A DNA stretch of 64,000 nt. Origin: Candidatus Eiseniibacteriota bacterium. Its GTDB lineage: Bacteria; Eisenbacteria; RBG-16-71-46. A program made the translations under genes and the position numbers. The DNA is taken from NCBI GenBank assembly GCA_963707915.1, contig OY970178.1:1408001-1472000 (forward strand). The letters run 5' to 3'. A model generated the notes under the pieces. It was not told where the DNA came from. It ran no database searches and was given only the letters and a program-made list of their open reading frames with translations. Positions 1 to 9,081 of the stretch are shown here, piece by piece. Positions within the stretch are counted from its first letter, which is position 1, and every line of letters starts with the position of its first letter.

Positions 1-2109
1 GAGTAGGGCGCCTGTCCCGGCATCACGTAGGCCGCCATCACGAGCTCGCGCCCGCGATACTTCAGGGTGACGAGGTCGTCCGCCTGGATGCCCAGGGCAG
101 CCGCGGTGGCAGGGCCCGAGCAGGATGGCGTTGTCCCAGGTGAGCTTGCTCAGGGGTCGGGGCGTCTCCTGCAGCCAGCCATTGTTGGCGAAGCGTCCGT
201 CGTAGGCGCTCGCGTCGGGGCAGAAGACGATCTCCAGGTCGTCCTTCCCCGGCGCGGGGACCGGGGGCGCGGGCTCCGAGAGCGCGCCGGCCAGCCGGTC
301 GAGGGCGAGCGGAGGGTTCTCGCGGGCCAAGGCCGTTCCGGCAAGGATCCCGTCCTGGACCGCCGTCCGCCAGAAGGCCTCGAAGCCCGCGGAGCCGGCC
401 AGGGGCTCGAGCGTCCGCCGGACGATGTCGTACCCGCTCTGCAGGGAGTCCCCGGTGATCGCCGCGAGCAGCTCGATCGGGGTCTTGCCCTCGTAGAGCG
501 GATCGATGAGCGGCTGTACGACGCTGACCGTGCCGTCCCAGGAGCGCGCGTCGCCCCAGGACTCGAGGTAGTGGGCGCGCGGGATGTGCCAGGATTCGCC
601 GCTTCCAGCCAAGACGCGCTGCGCCGTCTCGTCCTGGTAGAGCCCGAGGTGGATCCCGTGCGGGACGCGTCCGAGGGCTTCGCCGAAGCCGAGGTCGACC
701 GGTGCGTCGTAGACCGGATTGCTTCCCAGCAGGAGGAGGGTGTCCACCCTGCCCGCGCGCATCTCCTCGACCAGTGAGCGGAGGGATTCCAGCTGGGAAG
801 GCGGCGCCGGACGGCCCGGGTCGTCGCCGGGCGCCCCTCCCTCCCCTTCCATGGTGAACTGCACGGTCTGCCCCGCGTTGCCCAGGACCTGGTTGACCAG
901 GTGGGCGATGGCGTGGACCTCCGCCGGCTGCCGCGGCCCCACCACGACCACGCCCCGTCCGGCGTGCCGGACCAGGTCCCGCGCCAGGTCCCGAATGAAG
1001 GGCGGCCCCGCGCCCGTTCCCGATCCTCGGAGGCCCGCCAGGACCGGAGCGATCCCCACCGGGAGATGCGTCCCGAGGGAATCGAGCACTTCTGCGGCCA
1101 ACTGCCTTGCCAGGATCGGCACCTGGGAACTGGGAACGGCACGTCGGTGGTCCGCGTTGGCCCCGGTGATCGAGTAGGCGCTCTCGAGCACGTAGAGTCG
1201 GTTCATCCGGCCGGCTTCGGCCCGGCGCCCCCGGGCGAACTCCCTCGCATGCCGCACCGCCGCCGGATGCTCGTACAGGAAGTCGGAATCGAGGGCGACG
1301 ATCAGGTCCGCCCGCTCGAGATCGAGCTGGACGCGATAGGGCCGTCCGAAGGCAATGCGGGCCCCGGCCCGCTCCCGGTCGCGCGAGACCGGCTCCCACT
1401 CGCACCACCGGGCGCGGGGGAAGAGCCGCAGGAACCGCGCGCGCATCTCCGCGAGGCTGAGGGAGGAAGATTCCTCGCCCAGGACCGCGAGCCCCTCCCC
1501 GTCCCGGGCCCGCAGCGCGGAGAAGTGGGCTCCGGAGAAGGCGGTGAAGTCGTCCCAGGTCGCGGGGAACCGTTCGTCCCCCTGGCGGCGCATCGGCGTC
1601 TGGCTGCGATCGGGATCGTAGAGACCGAGCACGCTCGCCTGGGCGCGGGCATCCGCCGCGCCGCCGCTGATCGGGTGGATCGAGTTCCCTTCCACCTTGA
1701 TCGGCCGCCCGTCGTAGCTGGTGACCAGGAGCCCGTGGGCGACGCCCCCGAGCTCCATGGCGGTCGCGTACTGCTGCGGAACGCCGGGGATCCGGTTCTC
1801 CGGTCGGTGAGCGAAGGGAAGGATGTTCTGGCGGGGCCAGCGGCACCCGGCCAGCCCGGCCAGGCACAGCGACGCTCCCATGAGCTGCAGGAATCCCCTC
1901 CGGGAGTGGAGGTTCTCGGGCTCTTCGGCCTGGGGCGGGAATTCGCGTTGAAATCGCGCGCGGAATCCGGGCGACCCGGCCAGCTCGTTCAGGCTCCGCC
2001 AGTAGGCGCGGCCGACGAGGGCGGGTCCGTCCAGCGCGCCCCTCGCCGGGGCGGCTTCCGCCGGGCGGCTTCCCGTCTCCCCTTCCCGGTCGTCGTTCAG
2101 CGGTGACAT
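1..2109 (-). CDS. actB: Alternative complex III subunit B (Tat-variant molybdopterin oxidoreductase-like / Fe-S fusion), 5' part; runs off the left edge; +1 frameshift near nt 112-117
   Basis: Manual translation from ATG at 2109 gives YWRSLNEL...SRRGFLQLMGASLCLAGLAGC (Tat plus lipobox-like), DGRPIKVEGN, HYLESWGDA and DGRFANNGWLQETPRPLSKLTWDNA. After LGP the homologous sequence (ATAAALGIQADDLVTL...MPGQA) continues in another frame. Lies directly downstream of actA. Confidence 0.9.
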   Translation of the reverse strand, partial: MSPLNDDREGETGSRPAEAAPARGALDGPALVGRAYWRSLNELAGSPGFRARFQREFPPQAEEPENLHSRRGFLQLMGASLCLAGLAGCRWPRQNILPFAHRPENRIPGVPQQYATAMELGGVAHGLLVTSYDGRPIKVEGNSIHPISGGAADARAQASVLGLYDPDRSQTPMRRQGDERFPATWDDFTAFSGAHFSALRARDGEGLAVLGEESSSLSLAEMRARFLRLFPRARWCEWEPVSRDRERAGARIAFGRPYRVQLDLERADLIVALDSDFLYEHPAAVRHAREFARGRRAEAGRMNRLYVLESAYSITGANADHRRAVPSSQVPILARQLAAEVLDSLGTHLPVGIAPVLAGLRGSGTGAGPPFIRDLARDLVRHAGRGVVVVGPRQPAEVHAIAHLVNQVLGNAGQTVQFTMEGEGGAPGDDPGRPAPPSQLESLRSLVEEMRAGRVDTLLLLGSNPVYDAPVDLGFGEALGRVPHGIHLGLYQDETAQRVLAGSGESWHIPRAHYLESWGDARSWDGTVSVVQPLIDPLYEGKTPIELLAAITGDSLQSGYDIVRRTLEPLAGSAGFEAFWRTAVQDGILAGTALARENPPLALDRLAGALSEPAPPVPAPGKDDLEIVFCPDASAYDGRFANNGWLQETPRPLSKLTWDNAILLGPCHRGCPGHPGGRPRHPEVSRARARDGGLRDAGTGALL

Positions 2110-2747
2110 GTGTAGCAATCCGTCGATGGGTTGATGTCATTGAGCCGGCGCAAGCGCCGGCCCTCGGTGAGCTGATCCCCGCCCGGGCGGTAGTCCATCT
2201 GGGTCACGGCCTCGACCGGCCGGAGGTGCTTCTCCGGGCGGCGGTGGCAGTCCAGGCACCATCCCATGGTCAGGGGCTGGGCTTGATAGACCACCTCCAT
2301 CTTGTCCACCCGGCCGTGGCAGGAGACGCATCCCACGCCCCGCGTGACGTGCACGCTGTGGTTGAAGTAGGCGAAATCGGGGAGGTCGTGGACCTTGACC
2401 CACGGGATCGGCAGGCCCGAGGCGAAGCTCTCCCGGACCGGGAGCAGCTTGGGGCTCTGCGCCCGGATCTGGTAGTGGCAGTTCATGCAGGTCTGGGTCG
2501 GCGGGACGGCGGCGTATCCGGCCTTCTCCACCGTGTTGTGGCAGTAGCGGCAGTCGATCCCCAGGTCCCCTGCGTGCAGGGCGTGGCTGTAGGCCACGGG
2601 CTGCGAGGGCTGATAGCCGACGTTCGTCGTCCGGCCCGAGAGCCCGTAGACGGCCAGGACGACGACATAGAGCAGGCCCCCACCCAGCAGCACCGTGGCG
2701 AGGGGACGGATTGAATTGGTCCACTTGGGGAACAGGTAGCTCGGCAT
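2097..2747 (-). CDS. actA: Alternative complex III pentaheme cytochrome c subunit A
   Basis: N-terminal TM helix; GYQPSQPVAYSHALHAG; five CxxCH (CRYCH, CMNCH, CVSCH, CLDCH, CYTCH); LPDFAYFNHSVH; LTMGWCLDCH. Confidence 0.92.
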   Translation of the reverse strand: MPSYLFPKWTNSIRPLATVLLGGGLLYVVVLAVYGLSGRTTNVGYQPSQPVAYSHALHAGDLGIDCRYCHNTVEKAGYAAVPPTQTCMNCHYQIRAQSPKLLPVRESFASGLPIPWVKVHDLPDFAYFNHSVHVTRGVGCVSCHGRVDKMEVVYQAQPLTMGWCLDCHRRPEKHLRPVEAVTQMDYRPGGDQLTEGRRLRRLNDINPSTDCYTCHR

Positions 2748-3221
2748 CTCCCGGTATCTTCGCCGCTCGTGGCCGCGAGCGGCGCAAGCAATCCCACTTC
2801 CCATCGGGGAACACGTTCTCGCTCCGAGGCCCGCCCGTTCGGCGGCCGCGACGAATCCACGGCCCCGGACCCGAACACGGCCCGGGAGGGCCTACCCGTT
2901 GCGGGCGGAGCCTAGCACCGGGCTCGGGGCCTATCCACTAGGAATGTCCGTAGCTCGGGGCGACGCCCGCCGCGGTTCCCGCCGGTGCGGGTTGGTGCGT
3001 GGAAGCCCCGGCGTTCGTCTGCCCCAGAGCACGGGAGCCCCAGCTCCACTGGCCTCGCGTCGCCACAACGCCCGGCCACGGCGTGGGCGCGGACATCGCC
3101 GGGAGCAGTCCCGCGCGTACGGAGGCGAATGCCAGCTTCGCCGCGTGTCCGGACCGGAGTACGATCATGGGACAGTCCTCCTGTGGCCCAGCACCTTCGC
3201 ACCTGAACGGGGGTCGTCGAC

Positions 3222-4910
3222 ATGCGCGTCCCGACACGGATCCGCGGCTTCATCGCGGCGCTCGGCCTTGCCTGCGTCCTCGCCACCCCCGCTCTCGCCG
3301 ACTGGTCCGAGCAGGGCGTGGCGCTCGGGACCCTGTCGCACCCGTTCAGCTACGATCGCGCGACGCTGATGCACGACACCGGCGGGGCGTTCTTCGTGTG
3401 GCTGCCGTACTGCTTCGGGCCGCAACTCCTGCACCTCGATGCGGAGCAGACGAACGCATGGTTGTTCGGGTCACCCCTGTCCGGCGTGTCCACGGCCTGT
3501 GCCTGGGGCCCCGCCGTGGCACTCGACGGAAGCGGGGGCCTGTTCGTGCTCGAGGCATCGCCCTCGACCCGGCTCCACCACGTGCAGTCGTCAGGGTCGC
3601 AGGACTGGGGTGACCCGGCGAATGGGCTCTGGTTGTACGAGGGCAGCCTGGGTGTGGACCTGGTCGCTGACGGGAGTGGCGGCGCATGGGGCGCGTGGAA
3701 CGCGGCCGGGGGCGTGCGGCTGCAGCACTGGCTGGCAGGCGGCGTGGTGGCTCCCGGGTGGGGCCCGGCGGGGCGGCTGTTCCCTGGCGGCATGCTCCCG
3801 GCGCTCGCCAGCGACGGCACGGGCGGCGTCCTGCTCTTCTTCGGCACCACGTCCGACCACCACGCGCACGTGACGCGCGTGCAGGCGGATACCACGATCG
3901 CCCCGGGCTGGACGGCGGCGGGGCTCGTGCTCGGCGACTTCTCCGTCGAGGCGATCTTCGGCTTCCACGTCGTGCTCCTGCCGTCGGGCGGTGAGCGCTG
4001 GATCGCGATCTGGCCGCGCAGCGGCAACCCCACCTGCAAGTCGGCATGGGCCAGGCGCTTCCACTCCGACGGCACGCTCGATCCGGCGTGGTCCGGCGGC
4101 GCTCCGCTGCCCCTGGTGACGCGAGTGGAGGATGATTCGTACCCGGGCTCCATGGGAACGCGCACCCCACCCGCCACGTTCTCGGACGGCGCGGGCGGCT
4201 TCCATCACGTGTGGGCGGACACGGCGACCGGGATGCCGCGCTGGTTGCACGTCGGGGCCAGCGGCTACGCGCCGGGCTTCGGCTCGAACGGCATCTCCCC
4301 GCTGCGCACCGGGGACGCGCTCGCCAGCTACGGCAACTTCGTGGCCGCGCCCTCGGACAACGGGGGCCTCGTGTTCGCGTGGGACGACGTCGCGGCCGGC
4401 CGCGCGCCGGGGGTCCGCCTGCGCTGGCTGATGCCCGACGGCACCGACGACCCCGCCGCGCCCGACACGGGCCGGGTGATCCCGGGCACCGACTCCCTGT
4501 CGCACGTCTGGGGGCTCGACGCGGATGGCCTCGGGGGCGTGTTCCCGCTGTGGTCGACCCAGGGACCGTACTCCGGAGACAAGACCTTCCTCATGAACCA
4601 CATGGGTCGCGCGCCCTACGCGGCGGACGTGCCGCCGCCCGCGCGCGTGCCGGCGCTCACACTGGCGGCGCCGCGGCCGACGCCCACGCGCGGCGCGCTC
4701 GACGTGCGCTGCACGCTGGCGGGCCGGGCCCCCGCGACGCTCACCCTGTTCGACGTGAACGGGCGGCGGCTGCGGGAGGTCACGCTGCAGGGTGCGGGCG
4801 ACCACGTGGCGCGCCTCGACCCGCGGGGCGACCTGCCGACGGGCGTCTACCTGCTGCGGCTGACGCAGGGTCGCGAGTCGTGCACGACGCGGGCGGTAGT
4901 GCTTCGCTGA
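3222..4910 (+). CDS. Secreted repeat (probable beta-propeller) protein with C-terminal T9SS-like/FlgD-Ig-like domain
   Basis: Signal peptide (...LATPALA/DW); about 8 repeats of DGxGGxxxxW; C-terminus PRPTP...LFDVNGRRL...LPTGVYLLRL...RAVVLR. Confidence 0.75.
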   Translation: MRVPTRIRGFIAALGLACVLATPALADWSEQGVALGTLSHPFSYDRATLMHDTGGAFFVWLPYCFGPQLLHLDAEQTNAWLFGSPLSGVSTACAWGPAVALDGSGGLFVLEASPSTRLHHVQSSGSQDWGDPANGLWLYEGSLGVDLVADGSGGAWGAWNAAGGVRLQHWLAGGVVAPGWGPAGRLFPGGMLPALASDGTGGVLLFFGTTSDHHAHVTRVQADTTIAPGWTAAGLVLGDFSVEAIFGFHVVLLPSGGERWIAIWPRSGNPTCKSAWARRFHSDGTLDPAWSGGAPLPLVTRVEDDSYPGSMGTRTPPATFSDGAGGFHHVWADTATGMPRWLHVGASGYAPGFGSNGISPLRTGDALASYGNFVAAPSDNGGLVFAWDDVAAGRAPGVRLRWLMPDGTDDPAAPDTGRVIPGTDSLSHVWGLDADGLGGVFPLWSTQGPYSGDKTFLMNHMGRAPYAADVPPPARVPALTLAAPRPTPTRGALDVRCTLAGRAPATLTLFDVNGRRLREVTLQGAGDHVARLDPRGDLPTGVYLLRLTQGRESCTTRAVVLR

Positions 4911-4962
4911 GGGCGGCGCTCGCGTTCCCCCCAAGCCACGTCGCGTCGAGTGGCGGGTTCCC

Positions 4963-5991
4963 CTACACCACCAGCATCGCGTCGCCGTACGAGTAGAAGC
5001 GGTAGCGCTCCGCCACGGCGTGCGCGTAGGCGCGGCGCAGCAGGTCCTCGCCGGCCAGAGCGGCCACCAGCAGCAGCAGGGTGGTGCGCGGCAGGTGGAA
5101 GTTGGTGAGCAGGGCGTCCACCGCGCGGAACTCGTAGGGCGGCAGGATGAACTTGCGCGTCCAGCCGCGCGCGGCGGCGAGCTTCCCCGCGTTCGCGTCG
5201 CAGGCCGACTCGAGCGCGCGCACCGCGGTGGTGCCCACCGCCACGATACGCCCGCCCCGGGCCCGTGCCGCCCCGAGCGCCGCGGCGGCCGCGTCGTTCA
5301 CCTCGAACCACTCCTCGTCCATCGCGTGCTCGCGCGGGTCCGCAGCCGAGATCGGGCGGAAGGTCCCCGGCCCGACGTGCAGCAGCAGCGGCACGGTCGC
5401 CACGCCCTGCGCGGCGAGCGAGTCGAGCAGCGGCCGGCTGAAGTGGAGTCCCGCGGTGGGCGCGGCGACCGCGCCATCCACGCGCGCGAAGACGGTCTGG
5501 TAGCGCTCGCGGTCGCCGGGATCGGGCGGCCGGTGGATGTAGGGCGGCAGCGGCACGCGGCCGTGGGCCTCGAGCGCCCGGTCGAGATCGCCGGCCACGA
5601 CGCGCACCACGCGCTCGCCCTCGGCCCCGATCTCGACCACTTCGAGCGCCAGGTCGCCGGCCGCGGTCGTCAGCACCTCCCCGGGCGGGGCCTTCTTCGC
5701 GGGCTTCGCCAGCACGCGCCACCGCCCGCCGGGCTCGGGGCGCACGACCAGCAGCTCGACGTGGCCGCCGCTCGCGCGCCGCACGTCGATCCGCGCGGGC
5801 CGCACGCGGGTCTCGTTCAGGGCGAGCGCGTCGCCGGGCCCGAGCCAGCGCGCCAGCTCCGCGATGGCCGAGTCGTGCAGCGCGCCGGTCGCGCGTTCGA
5901 CCACCAGCAGGCGCGCGTCCTCGCGGCGCGCGGCCGGGTGCTGCGCGATCAGCTCGGACGGCAGGTCGTAGTCGAGGTCTTCGAGGCGCAC
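4963..5991 (-). CDS. queA: S-adenosylmethionine:tRNA ribosyltransferase-isomerase
   Basis: DYDLPSELIAQHP, PLPPYI, YQTVFA, AAPTAGLHF, LHVGPGTF, TNFHLP, YRFYSYGDAM. Confidence 0.97.
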   Translation of the reverse strand: MRLEDLDYDLPSELIAQHPAARREDARLLVVERATGALHDSAIAELARWLGPGDALALNETRVRPARIDVRRASGGHVELLVVRPEPGGRWRVLAKPAKKAPPGEVLTTAAGDLALEVVEIGAEGERVVRVVAGDLDRALEAHGRVPLPPYIHRPPDPGDRERYQTVFARVDGAVAAPTAGLHFSRPLLDSLAAQGVATVPLLLHVGPGTFRPISAADPREHAMDEEWFEVNDAAAAALGAARARGGRIVAVGTTAVRALESACDANAGKLAAARGWTRKFILPPYEFRAVDALLTNFHLPRTTLLLLVAALAGEDLLRRAYAHAVAERYRFYSYGDAMLVV

Positions 5992-6025
5992 GGAGAGGCT
6001 CTCGCTGGGGAAGGGGCGCCCGGGA

Positions 6026-7114
6026 TCAGGAGAGCGGAAGCTCGGGCTGGCTCTCGCCCGGGCCGGCGGCGTCGCCGGGCGGCTTGATGCCGAGGTGCTC
6101 GTAGGCCAGCGCGGTGGCCTCGCGCCCGCGGGGCGTGCGCTTGAGGAAGCCCTCCTGGATGAGGAACGGCTCGTAGACCTCCTCCAGCGTCCCGGCCTCC
6201 TCCCCCACGACGACCGCGAGCGTGCCCAGTCCGACCGGCCCGCCGCCGTACTTGTGGATCAGCGCCTCGAGCAGGCGACGGTCCATCTCGTCCAGCCCGC
6301 GCTCGTCCACCGCGAGCATCTCCAGCGCCTCGCGCGTCACGGGCAGCGTCACCTTCGCGTCGGCCCGCACCAGCGCGAAGTCGCGCACGCGCCGCAGCAG
6401 GCGGTTCGCCACGCGGGGCGTGCCGCGCGCGCGGCGGGCGATCTCGCGGGCGGCGTCGGCGTCGGTCTCGACCTTGAGGATGCCGGCCGAGCGCCGCACG
6501 ATGCTGGCCAGGTCGTCGACGCCGTAGTAGTCGAGCCGCATGGTGACGCCGAAGCGGGCGCGCAGCGGCGCGGAGAGCAGGCCGGAGCGCGTGGTGGCGC
6601 CGACCAGCGTGAAGGGCTCGAGGTTGAACTTCACCGAGCGGGCGCTGGGGCCGCGGTCCAGCATGATGTCGATGGTGAAGTCCTCGAGCGCCGGGTAGAG
6701 GTACTCCTCGACCACCGGGCTCATGCGGTGGATCTCGTCCACGAACAGGATGCCGCGCGGCCGCACGTTCGTGAGCAGCCCGGCCAGGTCGGCGGGCCGC
6801 TCGATCACCGGCCCCGAGGTGTGCGAGATCTCGACCCCCAGCTCGTGCGCCAGGATCGACGCCAGCGTGGTCTTGCCCAGCCCCGGGGGCCCGTGGAACA
6901 GCACGTGGTCGAGCGCCTCGCCGCGGCGCTTCGCGGCCTCGATGAAGATGCGCAGTTGCTCCTTCAGGCCCGGCTGCCCGACGAAGTCGTCGAGCACCAG
7001 CGGGCGCAGTCGCTGTTCCTCCTGCAGGTCCTCGGGCAGCACGGCGGGATCGGCGATGCGGTCCTGGTGCGGGACCGCCACCGGGGGTGGCGTACGGCTT
7101 TCGCGCGGGCTCAC
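6026..7114 (-). CDS. ruvB: Holliday junction branch migration ATPase RuvB
   Basis: LRP...[40 protein letters not shown]...RTPRGR; GTG start overlaps the ruvA stop. Confidence 0.97.
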   Translation of the reverse strand: MSPRESRTPPPVAVPHQDRIADPAVLPEDLQEEQRLRPLVLDDFVGQPGLKEQLRIFIEAAKRRGEALDHVLFHGPPGLGKTTLASILAHELGVEISHTSGPVIERPADLAGLLTNVRPRGILFVDEIHRMSPVVEEYLYPALEDFTIDIMLDRGPSARSVKFNLEPFTLVGATTRSGLLSAPLRARFGVTMRLDYYGVDDLASIVRRSAGILKVETDADAAREIARRARGTPRVANRLLRRVRDFALVRADAKVTLPVTREALEMLAVDERGLDEMDRRLLEALIHKYGGGPVGLGTLAVVVGEEAGTLEEVYEPFLIQEGFLKRTPRGREATALAYEHLGIKPPGDAAGPGESQPELPLS

Positions 7115-7743
7115 GGCTTCTCCTTGCCGGCCGCCGACCGGCCCAGGAGGGCGAGGGCACGGCGGATCAGCTCGTTGACCGACAGCGACTCGTCGGTGCC
7201 CGCGGCGCGTCGCACCGCCTCCTGGGCCTCCCCGGCGCCGCACCCGAGGGTGCGCAGCGCCGCGACGGCGTCGTTCCAGCGCTCGGAGCGCGGCAGCACG
7301 CCACCCTCGGCCGCGGGCTCCGCACCGCCCGCCACCGGGAGCGCCTCGAGCTTGTCCCGCAGCTCCACCACCAGCCGCTCGGCGGTCTTCTTGCCGATGC
7401 CGGGCACGCTGGTGAGCATCCCCACCTGCTCCTCGCGGATGGCGCGGCGCAGCGCCGGCGGCCGCAGCCCCGAGAGCACCGCGAGCGCGAGCCGCGGGCC
7501 CACGCCGCTCACGCCGATCATCAGGTCGAAGAGCTCGAGCTCTTCCGGCTCGGCGAAGCCGAACAGCAGGAGCGCGTCCTCGCGCACGATCTGGCGCGTG
7601 CGCAGGAACACCGGCTGGCCCGCCGCCGGCAGTCCCGCGGCGGTGTGGCTCGAGACCTGGACCAGGTAGCCGACCCCGCCGGCCTCCAGCACGCAGGCGC
7701 CCGGCGTCCGCTCGAGCAGGGTGCCGCGCAGCGCGGCGATCAT
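7111..7743 (-). CDS. ruvA: Holliday junction DNA-binding protein RuvA
   Basis: [51 protein letters not shown]. Confidence 0.96.
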   Translation of the reverse strand: MIAALRGTLLERTPGACVLEAGGVGYLVQVSSHTAAGLPAAGQPVFLRTRQIVREDALLLFGFAEPEELELFDLMIGVSGVGPRLALAVLSGLRPPALRRAIREEQVGMLTSVPGIGKKTAERLVVELRDKLEALPVAGGAEPAAEGGVLPRSERWNDAVAALRTLGCGAGEAQEAVRRAAGTDESLSVNELIRRALALLGRSAAGKEKP

Positions 7744-8282
7744 CGCTTCGCCCGGCCCTGGAGCAGCGCTTCGAGACTCCGCGCCGCGGCCGTCATGGCG
7801 CGCGCGGGTTCGCTGCGGCGGGCGCGCTGCAGGTGGCAGATGGCGGCGCCGAGCGCGTCGGAGGCGTCGGACGCGAGGGCGCCCTTCAGGCCGAGCAGGC
7901 GGCGCACCATGAAGGCGACCTGGTCCTTGGAGGCCGCGCCCGAGCCGGTGACGCTCAGCTTGATCTCGCGCGGGCTGTACTCGGCGATCGCCAGGCCGCG
8001 CTGCACCGCGGCCACCAGCAGGGCGCCCCGGACGTGGCCCAGCACCAGGGTCGAGCGCACGCTCTCGTGGTAGAACGCCTCTTCGATGACGACCGCGTCG
8101 GGCTGCTGCTCCTCCATGACCTCGCCGGCGCGCACGGCGATGGCGTGCAGGCGGTGGGCCAGGTCGAGGCGGGCCGGCGGGGCGAACACCCCGTGCGCGA
8201 GCGCGCGGAACGCGCCGCCGTCGCGCTCGACCACACCGTAGCCCGTCCGCCGGCTGCCGGGGTCGAGGCCCAGCACCTTCAT
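7740..8282 (-). CDS. ruvC: Crossover junction endodeoxyribonuclease RuvC
   Basis: [46 protein letters not shown]. Confidence 0.96.
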   Translation of the reverse strand: MKVLGLDPGSRRTGYGVVERDGGAFRALAHGVFAPPARLDLAHRLHAIAVRAGEVMEEQQPDAVVIEEAFYHESVRSTLVLGHVRGALLVAAVQRGLAIAEYSPREIKLSVTGSGAASKDQVAFMVRRLLGLKGALASDASDALGAAICHLQRARRSEPARAMTAAARSLEALLQGRAKR

Positions 8283-8316
8283 GGCCTCCGTCCCCTCCCT
8301 GACTCCGCGCCGGGGG

Positions 8317-9063
8317 TCAGCGCGAGAGCTTCGCCATCAACTCGTCGGACATGCTGAAGTTGGCGTAGACCTTCTGCACGTCATCCTGGTCTTCGAGCAG
8401 GTCCACCAGCTTCAGCAGCGCCTCGGCATGCTTGTCGCTGACCGGGACCAGCTGGCTGGCGATCTTGGTGAGCTCGGCGCTCTGGGTCGGCACCGACTTC
8501 GCCGCCAGCGCCTCCTTGACCGGCTCGAGGTGCGAGGGCGGGGTCAGGATCTCGTAGGTGTCGCCCTCGCTGACCACGTCGTCGGCGCCGGCCTCCAGCA
8601 CGAGCTCCATCAGGGCTTCCTCGCCCATCGCCGCCTTGTCCACGATGATCACGCCGCGCGGCTTGAAGAGGTAGGAGACGCTGCCGGCCTCCCCCAGCGC
8701 CGAGCCGAGCTTGGTGAAGATGTTGCGGATCTCGCCCGCGGTGCGGTTGCGGTTGTCGGTCGCCACCTCGACGAGCACGGCCACGCCGCCCGGCCCGTAC
8801 CCCTCGTACTGGGTCTCCTCGAAGTGCACGCCCTCTTCCAGGCCGGCCCCGCGGGCGATGGCGCGCTCGATGTTGTTCGCCGGCATGTTGACCGACTTCG
8901 CCCCCGCGATCGCGGTGCGCAGCCGCGGATTCATGTTCGGGTCGGGGCCGCCCCGGGCCGCGAGCGTGATCTCCTTGATGTACTTGGAGAACACCTTGCC
9001 GCGGGCCTGGTCGGTGGCGCCCTTCTTACGCTTGATCGTCGCCCATTTTGAGTGGCCGGACAT
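8317..9063 (-). CDS. yebC: YebC/PmpR family protein
   Basis: MSGHSKWATIKRKK, YEGYGPGGVA, TDNRNRT, LEDQDDVQKVYAN; upstream of ruvC as usual. Confidence 0.96.
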   Translation of the reverse strand: MSGHSKWATIKRKKGATDQARGKVFSKYIKEITLAARGGPDPNMNPRLRTAIAGAKSVNMPANNIERAIARGAGLEEGVHFEETQYEGYGPGGVAVLVEVATDNRNRTAGEIRNIFTKLGSALGEAGSVSYLFKPRGVIIVDKAAMGEEALMELVLEAGADDVVSEGDTYEILTPPSHLEPVKEALAAKSVPTQSAELTKIASQLVPVSDKHAEALLKLVDLLEDQDDVQKVYANFSMSDELMAKLSR

Positions 9064-9081
9064 GGCTTCCGGGAGCAGCGC

